DNA of 64,000 nucleotides from Octopus sinensis (Eukaryota), in NCBI RefSeq assembly GCF_006345805.1, contig NC_043005.1, positions 73,160,001 through 73,224,000 on the forward strand. The letters are read 5' to 3'. The notes beneath the pieces were generated by a model, which saw only the letters and a list, made by a program, of their open reading frames with translations, made no database searches and was not told the DNA's origin. A program made the position numbers and the translations under genes. How positions within the stretch are numbered: position 1 is the first letter of the stretch; each line of letters begins with the position of its first letter. Positions 54,088 to 64,000 of this stretch are shown here, one piece after another.

Positions 54088-55553
54088 CATGTGTATACAT
54101 ACATATATATATATGTATATATACATATACACACACGTATATATACATACATTTAACTAAGACTTGATGTGTGCACATATTCGTGTGCATCTAAGGATAT
54201 GTATTATATATATGTGTGTGTGTGTGTGTGTGTTTGCGTGTGCGCGCTCGTGCGTGTAAATAATGCATGTGTGAGCACGCTCTTGTAGGATATCATATAT
54301 ATATATTCTAACTCTCGTCTATGATGTTTTGTATAGATTCAGTTCATATAGATATTTGACAATTAATCTAACAGAAACTAAGGTACACACACGCGCTCAC
54401 ATACACACACAAGCACACACACAGGCACACATACACACGCACATACATACATATGTGTGAGATGGAAGAAGGAAACCATAAGGGATGTAAAGAAAGAAAC
54501 CAATAAAAATCTATTCGTGATTTCCAAACTATATTTATATTCTGGGAAGCAATTTTGACGAAATGTAATTTAAAAAGACATTATTTCTGGAAGTAATCCA
54601 CTTGTACACATTTTAATATTTTGATTTCGAATTTCTATTTGCAGCAGCAGATGTTATTCAGTGGAAGATTGAAAATAATCAATATTTGAATAATTTTAAA
54701 TGATTTTTAATTGGATTTATTTAATAAAACCTGGAAACAGCGTCGCCCAGAGCAGAAGATATTCTCAGATTTTTATTACTGTGTCACGGGGGCAAAATAT
54801 ATCTCTCAAAAATCGTTTTTATTTTTTTCATTTGCAATAGCTCAGTCGATATGCTCATCTTACCTTCAACTGATGTTCAAGGACCAATGTTAGGTTATTC
54901 GCTTTTCATAACTATTGAACTCGCCAAGCTCTTTTATGAACTGTTTCATAAATACTAATTTCTATAATGTAGTTATTCCATTTGGTAACTATTAAGTTAA
55001 CAAATGAACTCTGATCCAAGATAGACGCAATCAAATATAAATGGTCAAACCATAGTATGTTGAACATTCTCTTGTCTCCGCTAATTTATCAATTATTTTC
55101 TTCGTGAAATTTTACACTGTTTTCCTACGACACACTTAACTTATATCTTAAGTATTTTAAGAGAGTGTGAATACGACTTTATTCTTCCTTCTCTTTTTTT
55201 TTTGGGGGGGGGGGGGCGTGTATTTTTTTCTTCTTTTTTTTTCAATTGTATTGCATTCGAAATACACATAGTGTTATGTGTGTTCACTTGAAATCAACGT
55301 CAAATCTCAACTTGCCAGAAAATTAAACATTTAGATTTTTAGCTAATTACAATACTTGTTACAAAGTTCAAATTAAATTTGTCTCCACAGCACGAACAAA
55401 CATTTATTTTCTTATTTGATTTTTTTAGCATTCCATAAATGATTTTAGTTAGAAAATAATTGTATTTCGTTTGTATTTTATGTATTTTTAGGTTCTCGTT
55501 TTGTCATTTCTGTTAAATACATTCTAAAGTACCACGTGTGTATTTCTTTCTAT

Positions 55554-55610
<57 letters not shown>

Positions 55611-55636
55611 CCCCTTTCTCTCTCTAATTCTCTCTC

Positions 55637-55680
<44 letters not shown>

Positions 55681-55711
55681 CATGTATGTATATATATACA
55701 TATATATAAAC

Positions 55712-55742
<31 letters not shown>

Positions 55743-55743
55743 G

Positions 55744-55782
<39 letters not shown>

Positions 55783-57199
55783 AGTCATACATATGTGTGT
55801 ATATATGCGCGTGTGTGTGTGTGTAGGAGACAAACAACAAGGATGGTTAAAAAACAGAATAGGCAGTGTTACTTGGGGGCTTACAAACAAGATTTAAACA
55901 TTTGTAAATTTCTGGGTTATTTACTTGAAACTGTGTTTTCATTTTAGGTTGACACATTTTTCATTCGTGAATATAATTATTTCAAGTGTAATTAAATTAA
56001 ATTTTTTCTTTACCATAATTTCTTGTTTCTATTCTCGGAAATTTTTTTTGAATAAGATTTTAAGATTTACGATGCCGTTTTCAATCAACCGTAACACTAT
56101 TTCCTCAGCATATCAATAAGTCAGCCAGCGAAAAATGACCAAAATAACAAGCGTATTCATAAATAAAATTCAAACAAGCAGTTGCTTTTATAAATACATA
56201 CAATATTACCGATACAATCACCATATTTCAGTTATCACAACCACTCTCATTAACACCAAGAACTAATCCCACCACCACATCGCACCACCATCTGCATAAT
56301 TACAACCAGCACTAAAATAAAATTATCGCTGTGACTTAATCATTGTAGAACTGAATTTATTCACAATATTATTTAGCCTCTGAACTACTGATACGAATTT
56401 GAGCTCCAAAACTGCAATTCCCGACACCACTACCAAACCAATATCATCTTCGTTGCCACCTATATAACCAACCCCGTCATCACTGGACTTTTTTATATAC
56501 TACTGTCTGTAAAAAAGAGTCTCATTAGATAATGCAGTCCTATGTACACTCTACAGAAAACAATGTGGAGATACTCACAGCAGAATAGCTTTCGATCGTA
56601 CACCGGTTCAATCAGAGTGAATCTCAGGATATGCAACACAGTGACAACTGCAATTATTATTATTAATCAATTTTGTGTAATGAAGACGTATTTTGATATG
56701 CTGTGAAATTTTTAGCACAGGGTAATCACATGAACAATCAATTATAATGCATTTGTAGAAAGTGCTGTTGCTAATCGCCAGCTAATTCGATACAATCGTG
56801 ACAACAATGTTATATGATTTATTATATCATATGCTGTAGTGTATAATGTGTAATTAATTTCCATAATTACGAACAGTTTTCTTTCTGGCAAAGAATTCAT
56901 AACTTTCAAATGTCTCATAACTATAAAGAGATGACGCAAACGTGTAGAAGCTCCGCGTTATAAGTGGTACGAGTAAAAATGTGTCAGTAACGCTAAATTC
57001 ATTAGCACTGTCATTTAATTTGCAGTACTTGACGTGACCAAAGATGATTGAATACCGCAGGTTTTATCACAAATTGTTAACTAAACACAATACAAAATTA
57101 CAACGATTTTCATTTCTGATTATTTTCTTAATCATAACATCGTTTAAATTATTTTAACATAATCATTTAAAGAAACATGCAAACGCACACGAATTCATG

Positions 57200-57235
<36 letters not shown>

Positions 57236-57363
57236 ACACACACATAAACAAACAAACACACGCAGACACATACACACGTGCATACATACACACAGATACA
57301 CACAGGCATATAAATGCATACACAGTTTAGTATGCTTTTAAAAGAAATTTCTATAGGAGAGTA

Positions 57364-57919
57364 TTGGGTTGTCCGGAAAGTTCGTTCCGATTTATTGTAG
57401 CTTACATTTCGACTTATTTAGAACATGGTTGAGTCCATAAAATAAGATTTGACTACACCTCCATTTAGAGCACAGTTTATGCTAACTTTTCGTGGGAGAA
57501 GATTTATGTTCCTATCACCTATGTTAATTCTGTAACCCTTTAAATTAGAAGATTAAAAAATTCGTTTACGGCACTTGATGCTTTGGGAACCCGACAAAAA
57601 TTGCTGCCTCTCGGCTGGGATGTGTTTCCCCACCCTCCATATATCAGATATTGCTCCTTTGGATTTCCACTTATTCAGGTCTCTGCAGAATAGCCTTAAT
57701 GGTAAAATTTTAAATTCCTTGGATGACGTAAAAAGATACCTTGATGAATTCTTTGCAATGAAACCACCTGGGAAGAGGGTATTTTCAAGTTAAAGGAAAG
57801 ATGGAGACGCATTGTGCAACAAAATGGTTCATATTTGGTTGATTAAAAATGTAATGGCAAGTATTTATTGACCTTTATCTTTCCTTTAAAAATCGGCACG
57901 AACTTTCCGGACAACTCAA
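57364..57919 (+). mobile_element. Internally deleted mariner transposon
   Basis: TIRs ttgggttgtccggaaagttcgttccgattt / aaatcggcacgaactttccggacaactcaa with TA on both sides. Residual transposase LGWDVFPHPPY / DIAPLDFHLFRSLQNSLNGK / GIFKLKERWRRIVQQNGSYLVD* (mariner YSPDLAPSD region). Confidence 0.93.
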
Positions 57920-58557
57920 TATTGTATACTCAACTGACGACTTCCTTAACAAACTTAAATAGGCTAAATAGCACGCTTTCAAAAGTCCTTTATATAAGCA
58001 CAACAGGTTGTTTCATCACCGATACGAACAAATACCATAGCACTTTCAAAGCATATTAGGTAAGTTTGCTACAATGGAGCGATAACCATTAGCTTTTCAG
58101 GTGCAATTTTAGACATGACAAAGGCATTTGAACGCGGATCAATCGCATGCAGCATCGGCATATCAGAGGAGCACCGTATATGCTATAGTTAGTATGAATA
58201 GAAATATATTAAGTCAGAGAAGATTAACTTGATGCATGACAGACAGCAAGCGATTATCTACACCAAGTGGATTGCTTAGTGTCTTCATACAGTTTCAAAC
58301 CAACTAACGTGAACAGTTAAAGCACCAAACGGAACCATGTCTCGGTTTATGTAATAGGTGTTTATCCAACATTTATCAGCATATGAAATAACCTAAACAT
58401 GCTTCTAACATATTGATGCATTAACCAGATAAATGCATTTATACCATGATACGAGCAATATCTACACATACATAAACTAACACACTCACACGCACACACG
58501 CACGCACAAACTCTCACACACACCACAGCACACCACACACACATATACACACACACA

Positions 58558-58690
58558 GAGGACTTTCCGGTCGAGAACTATCATGGAAAATTTCCAGATG
58601 GCCTTGACCTTGCAGTGCTAACGGCGGGGGCGCTATCGTTTCGAGATAAACTCTACAGGCACGGATGTGCTGCCAGACGGACTTGTCCGA
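58558..58690 (+). pseudogene. Decayed fragment related to the Tx1/L1 element at 61-62 kb
   Basis: MENFQMALTLQC* / ALSFRDKLYRHGCAARRTCP versus MDNFQRSLAWQCYREALPVRDKLYRHGSRNTGPTCP. Confidence 0.75.
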
Positions 58691-58697
58691 GTAGTAT

Positions 58698-58760
<63 letters not shown>

Positions 58761-59431
58761 CAGCAGCAGCAGTGATAATAATTGTTAAAGGTTTATAAAT
58801 GCTATTCCCAGTCGTTCTCATTTTCGGCATAATACTGTAATTATTATTTTTATCCTACAGGGCTCCAAACGTGCGATAATGCTGAAATATTATCAGGACT
58901 TTGATCTTGCTATTTCAAGGCACCAAAATAACAGGTCATTGGATTTTAAGAATTGTTCCCTCCTGCTAAATGAATCTTAAAGAAAGGTAATACTTTTGGT
59001 GTCTGTCAAAATCTATTCCTTAATCACTGGAATGTTATATGTTTTACTGGCGTCAATGACTTCAAAGAAAACTAATGCACACACAACCAGAGCATATGCA
59101 CAGAGTTATGTAAGATTATCGATAACTACATTACACAATATATATGTATATATGTATGAATGCATATACATATCTGTGTATGTTTATTTATGTATGTCTG
59201 TCTGTGTATGTATGCCTGTCTATAGAGGATTATTAAATGTAGTAAACACATACGTAAAAACACACACACATACATATGTATATATATAAATATACATATA
59301 TATGTATGTATATTTGATGCACATATAAATAAATACGTAATATACATGAATTTATACACATATATATGTAAACGGTTTTATAGTTAGCATACATATAGAT
59401 TACATTTATATACCGTATATGTAATATACAT

Positions 59432-59466
<35 letters not shown>

Positions 59467-59479
59467 TAGATATAGATAT

Positions 59480-59556
<77 letters not shown>

Positions 59557-59881
59557 GAGATAGAGAGATAGATAGATACATAGATAGATAGATAAATAGA
59601 TAGATATATAGATAGATAGATAGATAGATAGACAGATAGATAGATAGATAGATAGATGTATATATGCATACATATATATTATAATGATATATATATATAT
59701 ATACATATAGTGTGTGTGTGTGTGTGTGCGTGTGTGTGTGAGTGTGTGTTGCGCGCGCACATGCCTATTATTCTCGTACAAATCTTAATGTACATTTTAC
59801 TGTGCAGGATAGTTATTATTTGATTTTGGTATATAAAATGACCGCTTCCTTCATTCATTTGTTACATATAATGTGCATATA

Positions 59882-59933
<52 letters not shown>

Positions 59934-60037
59934 GCATCCACACACAGAAATTGCAAGCCCACAACAAAACACACACACAATCACATGCATGCACTATAAT
60001 ATATGTATTATATATATATAAAATATATATATATATG

Positions 60038-60069
<32 letters not shown>

Positions 60070-60462
60070 ATATATAATTAATATATATACATACATACAT
60101 ATATAGATATATAGATATATAGATATGATATACACATATATATATATTTATATATATTATATACATATGTGTATATAGTGTAAGCATGTATGTATGTGTG
60201 TATATACAAATATAATTAAAGGATATCACTAAAAATCTTATCAGTGACCAGGATATAGAACAGACCTATGTAGCTAAATTCATATATATATATATATGTT
60301 TATAATAGTATAAAATACAATTATGACTATCTTCATCATATATGCCCTTAAATATAAGTGTATTTTATGCTATTATAAATAAATCTCCCCCCCTCTCTCT
60401 CTCTCTCTCTATTATATATATTACATATATACACATTCATACTACATACCTACATATATTTA

Positions 60463-60505
<43 letters not shown>

Positions 60506-60796
60506 ATATGTATATATTGTTTTGTTTGTTCATATGAGACAGGGCTTCTCACTAATTCAGGAATTGGAATTAAGATGTTTTTTACACATGAAAGGTTTAC
60601 ACTATTATAGTTCCATTTCTACATTTAAGGTATGTTTTTAGAGCCAAATAACTCGAATTGGGCATACAATATATATTTTTTAAATGAGAGAATACAAAGA
60701 AAGCGGAGGTGAAAATGAAACACCGGAAGAAATGATGATAGCTGGACAAAGATGGTTAGACGGGTCAATTTTAAATACCGAAGTAGAAAAAGTTTG

Positions 60797-60815
60797 ACGA
60801 TGATGATGATGACGA

Positions 60816-60851
<36 letters not shown>

Positions 60852-60956
60852 TTGATGATGATGATGATGATAATTATGATGATGATGATGATGACGAAGA
60901 AGTAGAAGAAGAAGAGAAGAAGAAGAAGAAGAAGAAGAAGAAGAAGAAGAAGAAGA
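60797..60956. repeat. (GAT)n/(GAA)n tract
   Basis: Directly visible; source of the poly-D/K/H pseudo-ORFs. Confidence 0.95.
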
Positions 60957-61032
60957 CGTTTGCTTCCCAATTGCATAGAGGTTAATAACTCGAATTGATA
61001 GATAGATATATAAATAGATAGATAGATAGATA

Positions 61033-62122
61033 TGTTTCTTTATTAGCCACACAGGGCTGCACACAGATAGAACAAACTACAAGGTAGAGCTTTTCTTTTG
61101 AAGGTTTAAAAAAAAAAAAAAGGAAGGGGGAGTTTCGATCAAAAGGGATCGTAAAAGGAGAGAAAGAGGACAAAAAACGGGGGGGTTAAAAAAAAGGGGG
61201 AGAGGAAAAAAAAAATTGATCAATAGGGATCGTTATCACAGAAATGTCAATATGAAGTGTAAAGGGGAGGACAGGTGAGGTTTACCCGTGGAAAGAAAAG
61301 CCTACGGAAAAGACCACGGTAACCTCTGTCAATGGAGTCACATGTTATATTTCTTTTTTTTTTTTTTGCGAATAAGCAACTCTCTGTTTTCAATTTCTGG
61401 GTTCATAGGATCATGCTCAAGGTGGCTTCGTCATTCATACGTGCCATTCTTGCTACATTCACCCATCTTTTTTTAAAACATTCGCTAGACAAAACTTGCC
61501 TCTCTACTCTCACTTTCCTTTTCAAGTGGTACTCGAAGAAGTTGATGAGAGATTGACCAGAGAGGAAAGTGTTTGTCTCCAATCCTTTCAGACGCGTCCA
61601 CCAGATACATTCTTTCGCCATAGCCACAAGGATGATGAAAATAGCTCTTCCTTCCCGTTTGAAGGAAGGAGGCGTGACAATATTGACGATAGACTCAGCT
61701 GATAAACCGACTCGTCCCACACGTGACAGCAGTTGTTCGACATAAGCCCACAGGTCGGAAATTGTTGGACACTGCACGAGTGCGTGCAGAACGGTTTCGT
61801 CGCTCTGACCGCATCTCGGGCAGGTCGGCCCCGTGTTTCTCGAGCCGTGTCTGTAGAGCTTATCCCGAACGGGTAGCGCTTCTCGGTAGCACTGCCAGGC
61901 CAGGGATCTCTGGAAGTTGTCCATAGGCCCTGGCCCGAAAGTCGTCCCGAATAGGCGGATCAGGTACTCCTCGTCGACGTCCATGTTCGCCCCGAGCTCG
62001 TCGTCGTACCTCCCCTCCACTAATCCCCTATAGAATGCTTTAGTTGTGATGAAGTCACTCAAGGTCGACCCAGGACGGCAGAGTTGCTTGAGAGCAACGC
62101 GACACTCGCGGTGCCATTCGCC
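61033..62122 (-). mobile_element. 5'-truncated Tx1/L1-clade LINE (ORF2 C-terminus with zf-RVT-like CCHC, 3'UTR, AATAAA) inside (GATA)n
   Basis: Uninterrupted frame 62122-61403: ..AWQCYREALPVRDKL..CPRCGQSDETVLHALVQC..AKECIWWTR..; 3' end ggctAATAAAgaaaca runs into (TATC)n; GC-rich relative to flanks. Confidence 0.88.
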
Positions 62123-62184
<62 letters not shown>

Positions 62185-62706
62185 GAAAAATATTCTTAAA
62201 ATTAGATGCAGAAAATAAAATGGAAATGATAAGCATTATATGTAAAATGTAAAAAAATATACAAATCAGAAGATTGACGGAGTAAAGTGTCATGATGAAA
62301 TCCTTCTGTACGCTACACTGATACGCTTTTTCAATGCAAACACCTACATACATACACTTTGGGAATAGATATGTCATCAAATAGAGTTGAGCTCGTGACA
62401 GCTCGTGTCCGGAAGCATAACATATATATGCATATGTGTATGTGTTGTTGCCTGTGTCTGCGAGAATGTGTCTGCTTATGCACCAGAAAATATATGAATA
62501 ATCTCTGTGTATCTATCTATCTATCTATCTGTCTATCTATCTATCGATTGATCTATCTATCTATTTATCACTATTAATCTTTCTTTCTTTTACTTGTTTC
62601 AGTCATTTGACTGCGGTCATGCTGGAGCACGGCCTTTATCCGTCAATTATCTATCATTTCTCTCTTCCTGTCTCTCTCTCCTTCTCTCTCCCCTCTCTCT
62701 CTCTCT

Positions 62707-62740
<34 letters not shown>

Positions 62741-62967
62741 ATATATATATGGAGACACACACACAAACACACAAACAGATATGTACTCTTATAAGCATAG
62801 AAATAAATATATACAATTGTGTATCAGTGTACTATTGTATTTCTCTTCGTGTCTGCATATATTCGTTTGTGAATCCTTATATACATATACATATATTATT
62901 ATATAAAAATATCTGTGTGTATATGCATATGTATATGTATTTATGCATGTATGTTATATGAATGTGA

Positions 62968-63010
<43 letters not shown>

Positions 63011-63367
63011 TTGCCTGCCCCTTCTACTTATATACAATATATACTGAACTTCACAGAAGTTCCTGCCGCTAATGGTTATATTTACATACCGAAATCTACC
63101 AGTAAATAATTGTTGGTTTTTTGAAAAACCATCGAAGAAATTATTTACTCTTATTATTATATTACTAATTGGAATTTTCACTCCCTTACGACAACCCATA
63201 GTTTCTACCCCTAAGGAACTATTCTTGTAAGGCGCATGGCAAAATTTTGGAGGGAAAATTTACGGATTCAATTGTCTATATGTTTAGCCTATGCTCACTT
63301 TCTTCCACTATTTTGATGTCGCCTGGTCAAAGGTGGAGGTAAGTGGCATTTGATAAATCTATGGAAG

Positions 63368-63419
<52 letters not shown>

Positions 63420-63482
63420 GTGTGTGTGTGTGCATACATATATATGTACGCATGTATGTTTTTGCACACTCATACATAAGTA

Positions 63483-63780
63483 CGTAGTACTTTATCGACC
63501 CAGAAAGGATGAAAGGCAAAGTCGACCCCGGCGGAATTTGAACTCACAACGTAGCGGCAGACGAAATACCGCTAAGCATATCGCCCTGCGTGATAACGTT
63601 TCTTATTTCTTTACTGCCCACAAGGGGCTACACACAGAGGGGACAGACAAGAACAAACAAACGGGTTAAGTCGATTATATCGACCCCAGTGCGTAATTGT
63701 ACTTATTTAATCGACCCAGATAAGATGAACGGAAAGTCGACCTCGGCGGAATTTGAACTCAGAACGCAAAGACAAACGCC
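63483..63780 (-). mobile_element. SINE family B head-to-tail dimer
   Basis: Two gtcgacc(c/t)cggcggaatttgaactc cores separated by the long tail (ttatttctttactgcccacaagggg). Confidence 0.85.
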
Positions 63781-64000
63781 TTCTTTGAATATATCTAGAT
63801 TATACACTTGAAGCCTTGTGTGTATTCGTGTTTATATATATATATGAGTGTGGCTGGATACGCATACCAATGCAGATCCACTTTGAATATGTACATATAT
63901 GCTGGTACAGGTGTCTATATTTTCGCAGATATCTGTATGTGTAGGGAATATGTAACGAATGTGTTTATCATTATGTATAGAGAGACCAAAATGTTTCTTT

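Noticed and set aside
58841-58992. Possible exon (polypyrimidine..cag acceptor at 58860, aag|gtaata donor near 58987)
   Set aside because: In-frame stop, no recognisable protein and no supporting neighbouring exons.
62123-62380. N-terminal ~85 aa of the 325-aa ORF 61403-62380
   Set aside because: Read-through of flanking DNA and (TATC)n (IYLS repeats); only 61403-62122 is element-derived, so this is not an intact gene.

Overview
AT-rich eukaryotic DNA saturated with microsatellites and transposon debris. I see no convincing host protein-coding exon, rRNA, true tRNA or CRISPR array, and nearly all listed ORFs are translations of (TA)n, (CA)n, (GATA)n or (ATT)n. The repeat content looks like intergenic or intronic DNA of an octopod cephalopod; this rests on my recollection of the SINE families and was not verified. 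Recognisable content: an RTE-clade LINE fragment; six different R4/Dong-like (RLE) LINE 3' ends plus a twice-repeated non-coding element, all ending in (TAA)n in the same sense orientation; a young Tx1/L1-clade 3' end sitting in (GATA)n; four tRNA-derived SINE families with modular tails, one sharing its 3' end with the Tx1 element; and mariner, hAT, piggyBac-like and Merlin-like DNA-transposon derivatives. The most interesting signal is a set of minimal type-I hammerhead-ribozyme motifs, some with compensatory U3-A8 or G3-C8 cores. The best one caps a rod-like hairpin in a highly structured 362-bp tandem unit at 32.17-32.67 kb, a retrozyme/Penelope-like candidate that may produce circular RNA. 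All folds and alignments were done by eye.
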